Counted from the stretch's first letter, positions 35,944-46,556 are shown. The stretch is 64,000 nucleotides of DNA from Candidatus Aenigmatarchaeota archaeon (GCA_963726265.1 CAVSBQ010000002.1:64001-128000); one strand, 5' to 3'. Notes: generated from the sequence alone by a model not told the origin. Program-made: numbers and translations.

Positions 35944-36663
35944 ATGATGGCAAGGCAGACCGCAAAAAAAGCGAGAATCTGGGACGTCGTGAACGGCACT
36001 TTTATCAAGAAGGAAGGCTTCGAGCCGAGCGTCGTCAGGACAGGCCTTGGCGAGGAGATATCCAGGGTCCGCTTCCTGGGCACGGTCGTCTCCAAGTTCG
36101 TCGCGGAGGACAGCAAGTTCGCGAGCGTGACCATCGACGACGGCTCCGACACCATCCGCCTCAAGACGTTCAAAACGGCGAAGCCGCTCGATGCCCTGAA
36201 CGTTGGCGATATTGTCGACGTCATCGGCAAGCTGAGGGAATACGAAGGCGAGAAATACATGATACCGGAAATCGCCAGGAAGATCGCCGACCCCAACTAC
36301 GAGCTCATGAGGCGGCTAGAGCTGGTCTACAAGGAAACGGGCATGAAGAAAACGAAGGAGCTTGCGGATAAAAACAAAAACATGGAGCCCGAACAGCTCA
36401 GGAAGGAAATGCTCGAAAAGCACGGCCTAGAAACTCAATGGATAGACATGTTCGTAGGCGGGAAAGGCAAGGAAGGAAAGGACAAGGGAACGCTGAAGAA
36501 GCAGCTCCTGCAGGCCATCGAGGCCTCGAAGGACGGCATAGTCTATTCGGAGCTTGTCAAGAAGGTCAAGGCGAAGGGCGCGGACATCGAGACTGCGGTG
36601 GACGAGCTTCTCAACGACGGCATATGCTACGAGCCCAGCCCCGGCAGAATAAGGAAGATTTAG
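35944..36663 (+). CDS. OB-fold ssDNA-binding protein, RPA32-like, with a C-terminal winged helix
   Basis: RVRFLGTVV..IDDGSDTI..GDIVDVIGKLREY; C-terminal LLNDGICYEPSPG. Confidence 0.8.
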   Translation: MMARQTAKKARIWDVVNGTFIKKEGFEPSVVRTGLGEEISRVRFLGTVVSKFVAEDSKFASVTIDDGSDTIRLKTFKTAKPLDALNVGDIVDVIGKLREYEGEKYMIPEIARKIADPNYELMRRLELVYKETGMKKTKELADKNKNMEPEQLRKEMLEKHGLETQWIDMFVGGKGKEGKDKGTLKKQLLQAIEASKDGIVYSELVKKVKAKGADIETAVDELLNDGICYEPSPGRIRKI

Positions 36664-37289
36664 GCCTTTTCCGTCTGAAGTCTGTTTTTAGTTCTGGTTG
36701 AATCGATGGCTATGTGTATTCTCTGCAATGCGGTTACGTTCGTGAGTATCGCCAGCATCACGATTATGTAGGTCAGGTAGGATAGCCTGAAAGCCGCGAG
36801 CAGGATGCCCGCGAACAGGATTATCAGGCGCTCGCCCCGCTCGAGCAGGCCGCCCGTTATTTCCTTGTCGCTCAGCTCCTTCTCCTTCGCAGCCGCTTTC
36901 GCATAAGTCGTCATGAACGAGCCGCAGAAGAAAACGAATATCCACACGTAGGCGGGCACGTAGAAGTCTGGCAGGTTTATGAACAGGAGGCCGAGCAGTA
37001 TGATGGCCTCAACATACCTGTCCATTATCGTGTCCAGATACGCTCCGAGTTTCGTGACCTTGCCCATCACCCTGGCGACAGAGCCGTCCACGAAATCGAG
37101 AAACGCCGACAACAGCAGGAACGCGGCTGCTATCAGGAACTGCCTGTCCAGGATGAAATAAAGCGATACCAGGGTCGGCAATATGACCAGAAGCGTCCAG
37201 CTGTTGGGCGACAATCCCAGCTTCGAGAACGCCATGCCCACCTTTATTGAAAGGCCTGAGAACACTTCGCGCTTCCTGTAAAGGACCAT
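36660..37289 (-). CDS. CDP-alcohol phosphatidyltransferase, probably archaetidylinositol-phosphate synthase
   Basis: SPNSWT and DFVDGSVAR..G..LDTIMDR; lies directly downstream of ino1. Confidence 0.88.
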   Translation of the reverse strand: MVLYRKREVFSGLSIKVGMAFSKLGLSPNSWTLLVILPTLVSLYFILDRQFLIAAAFLLLSAFLDFVDGSVARVMGKVTKLGAYLDTIMDRYVEAIILLGLLFINLPDFYVPAYVWIFVFFCGSFMTTYAKAAAKEKELSDKEITGGLLERGERLIILFAGILLAAFRLSYLTYIIVMLAILTNVTALQRIHIAIDSTRTKNRLQTEKA

Positions 37290-37350
37290 CCGGCACACAA
37301 CCCCTTATTGATTAATTATTCCCCGGCTCTAGTTAATCTTTGGCTTTCGC

Positions 37351-38454
37351 TTAACGCTCTCTTTCACCTTTGATGAATTCTTCCACCATCTGCTGCGCCA
37401 CCGAATCGGGGAACTGCTGCGGAGGATGCTTCATGAAATACGCCGATGACGAAAGCAGCGGGCCGCCAATCTGCCTGTCCTTCGCGACTTTGATGCATCT
37501 TATAGCGTCGATAACTATGCCGGCCGAGTTGGGCGAGTCTTCTACGGACAAGCGAAGCTCGAGTTCAATGGGCACGTCGCCGAACTTCCTGCCCTCCATG
37601 CGGATGAAGCAGACCTTGTTGTCGTTCTGCCATGGCACGTAGTCGCTCGGCCCTATGTGTATGTTTTCGTCCTTCATCCTCACGGGCAGCTGCGACTGGA
37701 CGGCTTCCGTCTTGGAAATCTTCTTCGACTTGAGCCTGGAGCGCTCCAGCATGTTGAGGAAGTCGGTATTCCCGCCCGTGTTGAGCTGGTATGTGCGGTC
37801 GAGCTTGACGCCGCGGTCGGAGAACAGTTTTGCCAGGACCCTGTGCGTGATTGTGGCGCCGACCTGCGACTTGATGTCGTCGCCGATTACCGGAAGGTGC
37901 GCGCTCTCGAACTTCCTGGCCCACTCGTGATTGGATGCGATGAAAACGGGCATGCAGTTGACGAAGCCGCAATCCGCTTTCAGCGCGGCTTCCGCGTAGT
38001 ATTTTGTCGCCTCTTCCGAGCCGACGGGCATGTAATTCACCAGGACGTCGGCCTTCGTCTCCTTCAGGACTTTTGTCACGTCAATCGGTTTATCATCCGA
38101 GACGATGAACGTCCTGTCCTCAGGGTAGTCTTTCATGTGGCTCGCGATGCCGTCGAGAGCCGGGCCGCGCATGACCGTCACGCCAATCCTGGGCACGTCT
38201 CTGCAGAAGACCTTGGTGCAGTTGGGCTTCGCGAATATCGCCTCGCCCAGGTCTTTGCCAACCTTGCGCTTGTCGACGTCGAATGCCGCTACGGGCCTTA
38301 TGCTCGTTATGCCATACCCTCCCAGCACGTTGTGCATGAGCCCTGGGACCAGTTCGTCGTTCGAATTGACATGCTTGTAGTAATACAACCCCTGTATCAG
38401 GGATGAGGCGCAGTTACCCACGCCGGCGATTGCCAACCTTACTTCCTTGACCAT
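37351..38454 (-). CDS. ino1: myo-inositol-1-phosphate synthase
   Basis: [37 protein letters not shown] and EDSPNSAG. Confidence 0.95.
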   Translation of the reverse strand: MVKEVRLAIAGVGNCASSLIQGLYYYKHVNSNDELVPGLMHNVLGGYGITSIRPVAAFDVDKRKVGKDLGEAIFAKPNCTKVFCRDVPRIGVTVMRGPALDGIASHMKDYPEDRTFIVSDDKPIDVTKVLKETKADVLVNYMPVGSEEATKYYAEAALKADCGFVNCMPVFIASNHEWARKFESAHLPVIGDDIKSQVGATITHRVLAKLFSDRGVKLDRTYQLNTGGNTDFLNMLERSRLKSKKISKTEAVQSQLPVRMKDENIHIGPSDYVPWQNDNKVCFIRMEGRKFGDVPIELELRLSVEDSPNSAGIVIDAIRCIKVAKDRQIGGPLLSSSAYFMKHPPQQFPDSVAQQMVEEFIKGERER

Positions 38455-38559
38455 CAAACCACCACCTGAATTATAATTCCTTGAGAACAGTATTTTACAC
38501 TGATAAAATATTGTGCCCGCGCATATAAATGTTTTATATTCATAAAATAACTAGATAAC

Positions 38560-38859
38560 ATGCCTTTCAGTAAGCTCGCGCTCAACAACACGTCCGATTG
38601 CCTGTGGCCCTACATACTCAGGATACTCAGGGACGAGCCCATGCACGCCTACGTGCTGCGCGGGGAGGTCGAACGCCGCTTCGGCTTCCTGCCGGGCAAC
38701 GTGACCGCCTACCGCGTCCTCTATGCGCTGAAGAAGAAAGGCTACGTGGATAAGACGAAGGACGGCATGAAGCAGGTTTACAGCATAACGCCGAAGGGCA
38801 AGAAACTGCTCAGGGAGGCCGTCAGGTTTTACCGCGAGCGCACGAGAATGCTGAAGTGA
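38560..38859 (+). CDS. PadR-family transcriptional regulator
   Basis: [36 protein letters not shown]. Confidence 0.88.
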   Translation: MPFSKLALNNTSDCLWPYILRILRDEPMHAYVLRGEVERRFGFLPGNVTAYRVLYALKKKGYVDKTKDGMKQVYSITPKGKKLLREAVRFYRERTRMLK

Positions 38860-38915
38860 AACGCTGGAAATTATTTAAATTTGGCCTACAAGTAGATTTG
38901 TATGAGGTGTCGCTG

Positions 38916-39797
38916 ATGGAGAAGGGGACTCTGAGACTTAAGGTCGGCCTGGCAGAGATGCTCAAGGGCGGCGTCATAATGGACGTCGTGAGCGTCGAGC
39001 AGGCCAGAATCGCCGAGAAGGCTGGCGCTGTTTCAGTCATGGTTCTCGAGCGCGTCCCGGCGGATATCCGCAAGGCCGGCGGGGTCGCGCGCATGGCCGA
39101 CCCCAAGAGGATAAAGGAAATCATGGCTGTCGTCTCGATACCCGTGATGGCGAAATGCCGAATAGGGCATTTCGCGGAGGCGCAGATTCTTGAGGTCTTG
39201 GGAGTCGATTATATTGACGAGAGCGAGGTGCTGACGCCGGCCGACGGCGAAGCGCACATCGACAAGTTCAAATTCAAGACGCCGTTCGTGTGCGGCTGCC
39301 GCAACCTCGGCGAGGCGCTGCGCAGGGTCGCGGAAGGCGCCGCGCTGATCCGCACGAAAGGCGAACCGGGCACGGGCAATATAATCGAAGCCGTGCGCCA
39401 CATGAAGCTCGTGAATTTCGAAATAAAGAGACTCAGCACGCTCAACATGGCACACCTTCGCGACGAGGCCGCGGGCATGCACGTGCCTTTCGACCTGGTC
39501 AGGATGGTCGCGGAAAGGAAGAAGCTGCCCGTGCCGAACTTCGCGGCAGGCGGGATAGCGACTCCAGCGGATGCGTCGCTCATGATGCAGCTTGGGGCAG
39601 AATCCGTCTTCGTAGGATCAGGCATATTCAAATCCTCCGATCCTTTGAGGCGGGCGAAGGCAATAGTCGATTCGGTGACGTATTTTGACAAGCCCGAGCG
39701 CATCGCGAAGGCCTCGACTGGCCTGGGAGAGGCGATGCAGGGCATAGACATCTCCACAATGAAGCAGAGCGACTTCATGCAGAGCAGAAGTGAATGA
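38916..39797 (+). CDS. pdxS: Pyridoxal 5'-phosphate synthase lyase subunit
   Basis: [31 protein letters not shown] and [12 protein letters not shown]. Confidence 0.97.
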   Translation: MEKGTLRLKVGLAEMLKGGVIMDVVSVEQARIAEKAGAVSVMVLERVPADIRKAGGVARMADPKRIKEIMAVVSIPVMAKCRIGHFAEAQILEVLGVDYIDESEVLTPADGEAHIDKFKFKTPFVCGCRNLGEALRRVAEGAALIRTKGEPGTGNIIEAVRHMKLVNFEIKRLSTLNMAHLRDEAAGMHVPFDLVRMVAERKKLPVPNFAAGGIATPADASLMMQLGAESVFVGSGIFKSSDPLRRAKAIVDSVTYFDKPERIAKASTGLGEAMQGIDISTMKQSDFMQSRSE

Positions 39798-39835
39798 GCA
39801 AAGCGGCATTTTCACAGAGGCGTAAGGTGCTGGTT

Positions 39836-40411
39836 ATGATTATCGGGGTTCTGGGCCTTCAGGGCGATTTCGACGCGCATAAAAAAGCGATAGAAAAGCT
39901 CGGGGCGAAATGCAGGGTCGTGCGCCATCCGGAAGATTTCGAAAGGCTCGACGGCCTGATAATCCCGGGCGGCGAGAGCACGACGATAACGAAGCTTATT
40001 TTCCGCCACAAGCTGGTGGAGCCGATTTCCAAATTCTACATGAGCGGCAAGCCGATCTTCGGGACGTGTGCGGGCATGATAATCCTCGCGAGCAAAATAG
40101 AAAACCACCCGAAGCAGTTCAGGTTCGGCTTCATCGACATCGCGGTCGCTCGCAATGCGTATGGCCGCCAGATAGACAGCTTCGAGGAGGACGTGGCAAT
40201 ACCGAAGCTCGGGAAGAAGCCGTTCAAGGCGGTTTTCATCCGCGCGCCCATGATAGCGAAGATGGGCAAGAACGTCCAGTCGCTTGCAAAGCACAGGAAA
40301 GAGCACGTGCTGGCGAGGCAGGGCAAAATCCTCGTATGCTCCTTCCACCCGGAGCTGACGGATGATACGAGAATCCACAAGTATTTCCTGGGGATGGCGC
40401 GGAAAGCTTAA
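39836..40411 (+). CDS. pdxT: PLP synthase glutaminase subunit
   Basis: GVLGLQGDF, PGGESTT, GTCAG, RNAYGRQ, FIRAP and FHPE. Confidence 0.96.
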   Translation: MIIGVLGLQGDFDAHKKAIEKLGAKCRVVRHPEDFERLDGLIIPGGESTTITKLIFRHKLVEPISKFYMSGKPIFGTCAGMIILASKIENHPKQFRFGFIDIAVARNAYGRQIDSFEEDVAIPKLGKKPFKAVFIRAPMIAKMGKNVQSLAKHRKEHVLARQGKILVCSFHPELTDDTRIHKYFLGMARKA

Positions 40412-40442
40412 AGCATTTTCGCAAGCATTACTTCGCTAAATA

Positions 40443-40685
40443 CTATTCATTGTGTTCCCAAAGTGCCAATTCTACTCCAGGTTTAAGCAGAGTAATTTTT
40501 GCCTTCTCAAGCACGGTTCCTCTATCATAAAATTGAGTTATTGCGCATCTAACTTCGTTTTCGGTGATGCCATCTTTTAATACCTTTTCTGTTCCCTGAT
40601 AAGCCCCGTAATTTGTCGCAATAAACGCTAAAGAAGTTAAGAATATAGGTATGCCTAATTTTTTAATACTTTTGGATATGTACAT
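40443..40685 (-). CDS. Small AT-rich hypothetical protein with an N-terminal hydrophobic segment
   Basis: 80-aa ORF from the ATG at 40685. Confidence 0.45.
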   Translation of the reverse strand: MYISKSIKKLGIPIFLTSLAFIATNYGAYQGTEKVLKDGITENEVRCAITQFYDRGTVLEKAKITLLKPGVELALWEHNE

Positions 40686-40774
40686 CAATTCACCTGTAAT
40701 TAACTTGAAAGTTAATTTTATAAGTATTGGGTAATGCACTTGCATCTAGTCTGATAATTGGAAAATTGGAATAC

Positions 40775-41359
40775 TCAAAGCCTGACGTTTTTTCTGGCTT
40801 TCCTTATGTAGAGCAGCGAAACCGCCATCAGGATCGCGCATGCCGCGAAGCCTACGATGTGCAGATATGGAAGCGCAAAAAGCTGGGAAAGCTGAGGCAG
40901 CGCCAGCGGAGAAGCGGCCTCTGCCGCCTTGGCAGCAGCGTCTGCGGCGAGGATGCCCTCTTCCATTGCAGGCGCGGCCATGCTCCTGGCCGATGCGCCA
41001 TAAGCGCCCATGTTCAAAAAGAAGTTTTTAGCGAGGTCTAGGCCGATCGCTATGAACGCGAGCGCGGAAACCCCCAATAGAATCCACACCCTCTTGTCTT
41101 CCGGGTGCAGGATGCCCCTTCCCTTCCTCGTCAGCTCGTAATACTTCCACTTGTGACCCTCGTCCATCTGGACTATGAGGCCGACAGCGACGAGGTTTTC
41201 AAGGTGCTCCTTTATGGTCGAGACGGACATGTTGAACTGTTTGGCCAGCTCGCTGAGTGTCTTTCTCCGGCGGTCGAGAGACTTGATGATGTCGACACGG
41301 GTTCCGGAAGCGAGAGTCCTGAAGACCTCGCGGTCGAGCGTGATTTTTTCGTCAGGCAT
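40775..41359 (-). CDS. ArsR-like winged-HTH regulator with two C-terminal TM helices
   Basis: FRTLASGTRVDIIKSL..TLSELA..STIKEHL..WKYYELT followed by two hydrophobic helices. Confidence 0.85.
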   Translation of the reverse strand: MPDEKITLDREVFRTLASGTRVDIIKSLDRRRKTLSELAKQFNMSVSTIKEHLENLVAVGLIVQMDEGHKWKYYELTRKGRGILHPEDKRVWILLGVSALAFIAIGLDLAKNFFLNMGAYGASARSMAAPAMEEGILAADAAAKAAEAASPLALPQLSQLFALPYLHIVGFAACAILMAVSLLYIRKARKNVRL

Positions 41360-41451
41360 GAATAATCTTTGGCCGCAGTGTTTTAAAATGCTTCCCTTTC
41401 TTTCGGCCCGGACCGAAAAAATTAATAAGGCCGGAGGATAAAACTAGTCTT

Positions 41452-41952
41452 ATGAGCATGAAAATAAGCAGGATCAGCAAGAAAATTGACGCCAAGAAGC
41501 TTGTCATCTCTCTTGTGATATGCCAGTTCGCAGGCGTGCTGGGCTCGCTGTTCACCATGCCGAAAATCCCTACATGGTACGTGACGCTGGTGAAGCCGGC
41601 GTTCGCGCCGCCGAACTGGGTCTTCGCTCCCGTTTGGACCACGCTTTACGTCTTCATGGGCATCGCGCTCTACCTGATATGGAAGAAGGGCCTGAAAAGC
41701 CACAACGAGATGATGGCAATATACGTCTTCACGCTGCAGCTCGCGCTCAACATCCTATGGTCTTTCCTTTTCTTCGGCCTGCAGTCGCCGTTCTACGGCT
41801 TCGTCGGCATTGTAATCCTCTGGCTTGCGATAGCGGCGACCATATGGCATTTCCACGACCTGGACGCAAGGGCCGCTTACCTTCTTGCCCCGTATATAAT
41901 CTGGGTCAGCATTGCGGCAATCCTTAATTACGCCATCTGGATGCTCAACTAG
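41452..41952 (+). CDS. tspO: TspO/MBR tryptophan-rich sensory protein
   Basis: WYVTLVKPAFAPPNWVFAPVWTTLY, LNILWSFLFFG and LLAPYIIW. Confidence 0.93.
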   Translation: MSMKISRISKKIDAKKLVISLVICQFAGVLGSLFTMPKIPTWYVTLVKPAFAPPNWVFAPVWTTLYVFMGIALYLIWKKGLKSHNEMMAIYVFTLQLALNILWSFLFFGLQSPFYGFVGIVILWLAIAATIWHFHDLDARAAYLLAPYIIWVSIAAILNYAIWMLN

Positions 41953-41995
41953 AATGTCAGATTGCATTTTTTAAGCCAAAAACCATCAGGTAATC

Positions 41996-42529
41996 ATGAA
42001 GCGCGCCAGGACCGCTTCCAAAAAGAGACCGCCCAGACGCAAGCTTCCGGAGGCAGACGAAACGCTCGCCAGGGCAAAGGGCATCGAATGCAGGAAGCAT
42101 GCGAAAATGTCCAGGCAGGAGCGTCTGCTTCTCGCTTCCATAGCGCTGCTTGTTATCATTCTCATGGCGCTTTCCATGTATGCCGACAGGATCGCTTTGC
42201 AGGTCAGCATCGCCAGCCAGGCATCCGAGTGTTTCTCGGTCCAGCATATCGGCTCATCGGCTGAATGGAGCGGCGGCAGCATAGCCATGGTGACAGGCTT
42301 CGAAACAATAGACCCATGTTATGCGATTACTTCTATCGATGCGGAACAGAAGGGAGACATCATAAGCGTGGACATAAGAACGGAGTCCGGCGGGCTCTGC
42401 GTCCAGTGCTTCGGCTACAGGCGTGTCGAATACGAGCTGGCCTCGCCGAGAATGTCAGGAAACCTTAGAATCGACGTTTACGTTGACGGTGTGCAGAGCC
42501 ACCAGATGGCTTTACCTCTTCCTGCGTGA
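41996..42529 (+). CDS. Hypothetical membrane-anchored protein
   Basis: Basic N-terminus, one TM helix, small Cys-containing beta domain (DPCY..CVQC). Confidence 0.55.
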   Translation: MKRARTASKKRPPRRKLPEADETLARAKGIECRKHAKMSRQERLLLASIALLVIILMALSMYADRIALQVSIASQASECFSVQHIGSSAEWSGGSIAMVTGFETIDPCYAITSIDAEQKGDIISVDIRTESGGLCVQCFGYRRVEYELASPRMSGNLRIDVYVDGVQSHQMALPLPA

Positions 42530-42796
42530 TTTCCTGCCGGCTTTTTGATATTGTGGCTCTTCTGCCTGGAAAGTCGGGATGGCATACCTGTAAACCGCCG
42601 CACCCACGACCATCGCAACATAAATGATCAGCCATATCAACACGAAAATCAGCACGAGCACGAACACGACCATGCTCATGTCCACGATGTGGGGCAGCAG
42701 CAGGAAGAATATGGCTGCCGCGAATATGAGGGCTATGACCGCTATGAACGCGGCGCCGCTCAGATGCAGGAAATGCTTCTTTTTATGGAAAAACAT
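42512..42796 (-). CDS. Small two-TM membrane protein
   Basis: Two strongly hydrophobic stretches. Confidence 0.6.
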   Translation of the reverse strand: MFFHKKKHFLHLSGAAFIAVIALIFAAAIFFLLLPHIVDMSMVVFVLVLIFVLIWLIIYVAMVVGAAVYRYAIPTFQAEEPQYQKAGRKSRRKR

Positions 42797-42820
42797 GCCT
42801 ATCGCTTCCAGACAATTAAT

Positions 42821-43864
42821 CTATGCTTCAAGGATTAAATAACCAAACTGGTCCGTTATCCCGCGCAACGGCCTCGCGCAACTTTCGAGGAAGGCTGCAT
42901 AGTCCTTCCTTTTGTCCACGGTCACGCCGGTTTTCTCCAGCAGGCCTACCGCTTCTTCCGCTTCGTAAGCCCTCTGGTCCATCAGGATGCCGCGCTTCCT
43001 GAAGAAATTGTAGAGCATTTTCAGCTCGGGCTGAGTGAAGAAAATGACCGCCTTTTTATCCCTTATCTCCAGCAGCTCTGTCATCCTGCCTCTTTCGATG
43101 TTGCGGAATTTCATCTTCTGCGCGGCCTTGGCGAGCATGTCGAAATCGACCGCGTATTCGCTGTGGCCGAAGACGCCGACCCTGCCTTTTTTCCGGGGCT
43201 TCTGTGATTTCTGCAACGGCGGAGAGGAATGCTCGCAAAGGAACATCTTGCCGCCTTCTGCGAGAAGCGGCCTCGCCCTGCCGAGTAGCCTGAGCGCGCC
43301 GTAATTGAAGTCCGAGACTTTCGTCAGCTGAAGCCCGTAAAATTTGATGAGCGAAACCGCGTCGTAATACGCGTCGCTGTCGCCTTCCCTGATTCTCGGG
43401 CTGTAAAGGCTCATGTTGACTAGCGTGGGAAGGTCAGCGACGACCTCGTTGCATATGATGAGGTCGAACTTGCCTTCATAGTCGAATCTCGTGAACATGG
43501 TCTTCTCGTCAAGGAAGTCGCCCAAGGCGAACGAGAACCTGCGGTCCCTGAAGCGCGAGCGGAGGTGCTTCATCACTTCGAAGGAAATGTCGCAGAACGT
43601 GTAGCTGAAGCCCGCCTCGCTTCCGAGGCTGTCGCAGAACGCTGCAGCGAGATCGCCAAGCCCTGGTCCGATTTCGAGGATGCGCGGGTTTGGCGGGAGC
43701 GCGAGCCTTTTGGCGAGTATCGCTCCGTACGCCAGGCCTGATTTCGTGAACGCATTCGCCGACCTGAGCATGTGCGAGACCGTGAGCTCGTTGTCTATCA
43801 TGTCAGCCGCGCTGCGCAGGCTCCTGTAATAACCGTCGGTCCTGTTGACGAAAATTTCCTTCAT
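42821..43864 (-). CDS. Class I SAM-dependent methyltransferase (MidA/NDUFAF7-like motif)
   Basis: ILEIGPGLG, CDIS and FDLIICNEVVADLP. Confidence 0.8.
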   Translation of the reverse strand: MKEIFVNRTDGYYRSLRSAADMIDNELTVSHMLRSANAFTKSGLAYGAILAKRLALPPNPRILEIGPGLGDLAAAFCDSLGSEAGFSYTFCDISFEVMKHLRSRFRDRRFSFALGDFLDEKTMFTRFDYEGKFDLIICNEVVADLPTLVNMSLYSPRIREGDSDAYYDAVSLIKFYGLQLTKVSDFNYGALRLLGRARPLLAEGGKMFLCEHSSPPLQKSQKPRKKGRVGVFGHSEYAVDFDMLAKAAQKMKFRNIERGRMTELLEIRDKKAVIFFTQPELKMLYNFFRKRGILMDQRAYEAEEAVGLLEKTGVTVDKRKDYAAFLESCARPLRGITDQFGYLILEA

Positions 43865-43901
43865 AAACGTATTTAACATTAGCCGCGGAAATTAAATTGA
43901 T

Positions 43902-44462
43902 ATGCCCCAACCTTCTCAGATAAAGACGCGCGTGGAAAAGGCGACGAGGGAAGCAGTCGAACTCGAGAGGTCCTCGGACGACTTCTCCATAAGGGTCGCG
44001 GTCGATTTCTCCAAAAAACCCGTGCCGCTTAGTTCTGGTCTAAGCTTCGTCGACAAAATCCTGAGCGGCATATCCACCTTCAGCGTTGCTGTCGAGATGC
44101 CGCAACAGGCCGCGGACGAGGAACGGCTGATCAAGAATGCTGGCTTCGCCTTCGGCGAGGCGGTGAGGAAGCTTTACGATAAAAGGAAGGCCAGGGAAAC
44201 GGCGGCCCTGATAAAGTCCGAAGGCAAGGCAATGTGCATGCTCGCCATAGGCGCGAAGCGCCAGCCGGGCGAGGCGAACCTGCAGATAATAGGAACGCCC
44301 GAACGTGGTTTCGAGCCCGACAGGTTCTTCATCTTCTTCGACGGCTTCGCGCAGGGCATGGAAGCGGAGCTCAACCTGACCGTGAACCTGGCCGGAGGAA
44401 AAACCCAGCTAGGCATGATAACCAGAACGTTCTCGGAAGCGCTGAAGCGGATTCTGGGCTAG
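43902..44462 (+). CDS. Degenerate imidazoleglycerol-phosphate dehydratase (HisB)-fold protein lacking the metal-binding histidines
   Basis: [11 protein letters not shown] (cf. TGIGFLDHML), AGFAFGEAV (cf. GIxLGxAL), FFDGFAQ and FSEAL. The protein contains no His at all. Confidence 0.6.
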   Translation: MPQPSQIKTRVEKATREAVELERSSDDFSIRVAVDFSKKPVPLSSGLSFVDKILSGISTFSVAVEMPQQAADEERLIKNAGFAFGEAVRKLYDKRKARETAALIKSEGKAMCMLAIGAKRQPGEANLQIIGTPERGFEPDRFFIFFDGFAQGMEAELNLTVNLAGGKTQLGMITRTFSEALKRILG

Positions 44463-44656
44463 GCGCGGCTTCTCACAAAATTGCCGGCCGACCTGTCATG
44501 CGTCTTTTCCGCATCTTTCGTGAACAAGCAGCCCGGAACTTCGCCGGCCTCGCGGTGATGCGCTATGCATTCGCAGCACATCCCCTTGCGCGAGCAGCCG
44601 GGGTAAGAACAGGTGCAGCGCTTCAGGTTCTCCTTGCGGTTCGCGCATTCCTTCAT
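44459..44656 (-). CDS. DUF6485-like small Cys-rich protein
   Basis: [33 protein letters not shown]. Confidence 0.8.
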   Translation of the reverse strand: MKECANRKENLKRCTCSYPGCSRKGMCCECIAHHREAGEVPGCLFTKDAEKTHDRSAGNFVRSRA

Positions 44657-44664
44657 GCAAAACC

Positions 44665-44868
44665 TCACTGGTCCATGCCCGCATCGGTGTGCTGTCTCTT
44701 TTTTCTGAACAAATTACCGAGCTTCTTGTAGAATGGTTCCTTTTTCCCTAAAAGCGCATCCCTTGTATCAAAATACTCAAAAAAACCAGATATCCCGCCA
44801 ATTCTGATGTAATCCCAAAGGCTGCAGCCCATGATGCTGTCGCCACGATTTATCTTTCCGTATCCCAT
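44665..44868 (-). CDS. Small hypothetical protein
   Basis: Tightly packed between co-oriented genes; GGAGA SD-like sequence upstream. Confidence 0.45.
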   Translation of the reverse strand: MGYGKINRGDSIMGCSLWDYIRIGGISGFFEYFDTRDALLGKKEPFYKKLGNLFRKKRQHTDAGMDQ

Positions 44869-44870
44869 GT

Positions 44871-45335
44871 TTATCTCCTTTCGTTTCTTCCGGAGAATTT
44901 TTTAATCCGGCCTCCGGCTGTTTTCTTCTTTTCTGCCTTCTTTTCGGTCTCTATGCCTAGCTGGCCTTCGATTTCCCTGAGGAATTTCTTGTCAGGGAAG
45001 CGGATGTCAAGGCTCCTGTGGCCGCGAAGGTTCGCATACCGCTCCTTGTCAAGCGTTATGAAAAAGTCCCTCTTCGCTTTCATGTGGTTCACGAGTAGGA
45101 CGAGGTCGCCGTGCTCCGCGAGGTTCAGGTCATGCTGCGGTCTCGCGAAGACCATCTGCCTGAGCGTGTCATAAATCTTCTCCTCGGTTCTGCTGAGCGT
45201 GCCAAGGTCCCTGTTCAGGTTCTGCGCGTGGAAAAGCCGGAGCTTGCCTTCTTCCTCGAGTTTCTTGAGCTGGTTTATTACCGGATGCCTGTCGTAGAAT
45301 ATCATGGCCGAATGGTCCATGGTTATGCTTACCAT
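44871..45335 (-). CDS. PIN-fold-like protein
   Basis: N-terminal strand ITMDHSA, then GDLVLL..DFFITLD; GGTGA SD upstream. Confidence 0.5.
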   Translation of the reverse strand: MVSITMDHSAMIFYDRHPVINQLKKLEEEGKLRLFHAQNLNRDLGTLSRTEEKIYDTLRQMVFARPQHDLNLAEHGDLVLLVNHMKAKRDFFITLDKERYANLRGHRSLDIRFPDKKFLREIEGQLGIETEKKAEKKKTAGGRIKKFSGRNERR

Positions 45336-45471
45336 ATTATCACCGTCTTATCACCGTCTGTAAAATTCTTGGAAAGAAGATTTTTAACCTTATTTTAGCC
45401 TCTGTTCTGGTATTAGCCCGTTTTCCCGCGTTTTCCGCGTTTTTTTAAGCCGGCTGGGCAAAATTATAATC

Positions 45472-45678
45472 ATGGCAAATGCAAGCGCCTGGGTAGTGAT
45501 TCTGGTCGTGGTGGGGGCTATAGTGCTGGCTGTCGGCGTAATAGGCGGCTACCTGGCCTCGCTTTCGTCTCCCGAATACTTCCCCGTGTGGATGTTCGTA
45601 GCATTTATCGGGATAGTACTCGCCCTGGCCGGGATCGCGATGGGCATGGGCAGTAAGCCTGCTAGCAGCAACCACTAA
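45472..45678 (+). CDS. Small two-TM membrane protein
   Basis: Two hydrophobic helices; TTTTAA box upstream. Confidence 0.6.
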   Translation: MANASAWVVILVVVGAIVLAVGVIGGYLASLSSPEYFPVWMFVAFIGIVLALAGIAMGMGSKPASSNH

Positions 45679-45806
45679 ATTACATTTCTCTTTTGCATGG
45701 TTTGCCTAGTCTTTTTCCTGAAAGCTTAAAATCGATATACGTCGCCTCATTTTTATCGCTCACTTCTGCCGCTTCCCCTCTCTCACCAACGGGTCAAATT
45801 CAAAAC

Positions 45807-45902
45807 AACCCTCACTTTTGATCCAAAAATTATTTTTCATAAAATATATAATTTAGTATATATTTTAAATTATATCTATCATTAAAAATATTTTAAATAA
45901 AA
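45807..45902 (+). repeat. Left arm of an imperfect ~100-bp AT-rich inverted repeat
   Basis: AACCCTCACTTTT .. TTTAGTATATATTTTAAATTATAT .. AAAAATATTTTAAATAAA; matches the reverse complement of 47200..47298. Confidence 0.7.
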
Positions 45903-45956
45903 TATATTATTTTATATATAATTAAGTATAGATAAATAATGTTCCATTTTCCAGGA

Positions 45957-45989
45957 GTTTAAACATCCGTTTAAACGGCCGTTTAAACG
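45957..45989. repeat. Three GTTTAAAC palindromes at a 12-bp period
   Basis: GTTTAAAC-atcc-GTTTAAAC-ggcc-GTTTAAAC; 45968..45989 is a perfect 22-bp palindrome. Confidence 0.8.
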
Positions 45990-46019
45990 TCATCAAAAAC
46001 AGAGGCGATGCTATCTGGT

Positions 46020-46556
46020 TTATACATCTTTAAAGGCCTTTTCAATAAGCTTTCTTTTCTGTTCTTTTCCCATCTGTGTATATATTTTCGTTGTTTCCAG
46101 CCGTTCATGGCCCAGCATATCCTGAACGACGTCTATTCCAACCCCCATGTTAACCAGGTGGGTCGCATAGCTATGTCTAAGCGTATGGGGATGCACCTCT
46201 TCAGGTGCCCGGATGCCCGAGATCCTGGCATACTTCTTAATTATGTTCCTTATTTGGCGGTCTGAAACCGGGAATAATGTCGATGTTGTCATGTTTTTGA
46301 TATAGTCACGCAATTCCTCTGCGAATCTGTCATTTGGTATGAAAACGAGCCTGTCTTTCGAACCCTTCCCCTGAACCACCTTTATCATTTTGTTTATGAT
46401 ATCCACGTCATCTTTTTTAAGGTTCATGGCCTCTGAATTTCTAAGACCCAGATGGAAAAGGCACTTAAGAAGCATGGAATCTCTGGGGTTCTTTGCAGCC
46501 CCGACCATGGCCCTGAATTCTTCCAAGGTCAGAAATCTTGGCAATTTGCGCGCCAT
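46020..46556 (-). CDS. Tyrosine recombinase, catalytic domain only (178 aa)
   Basis: GLRNSE (R), GKGSKDR (K), HTLRHSYATH (HxxR), LGH and TTKIYT (Y) are all intact. It begins at RKLPRFLT, with no core-binding domain. Confidence 0.93.
   Translation of the reverse strand: MARKLPRFLTLEEFRAMVGAAKNPRDSMLLKCLFHLGLRNSEAMNLKKDDVDIINKMIKVVQGKGSKDRLVFIPNDRFAEELRDYIKNMTTSTLFPVSDRQIRNIIKKYARISGIRAPEEVHPHTLRHSYATHLVNMGVGIDVVQDMLGHERLETTKIYTQMGKEQKRKLIEKAFKDV

Noticed and set aside
45853..45880. Canonical archaeal dif site
   Set aside because: TTATATCTA resembles a Thermococcales dif arm, but the 11-6-11 symmetry is poor and the context is so AT-rich that chance similarity is likely.
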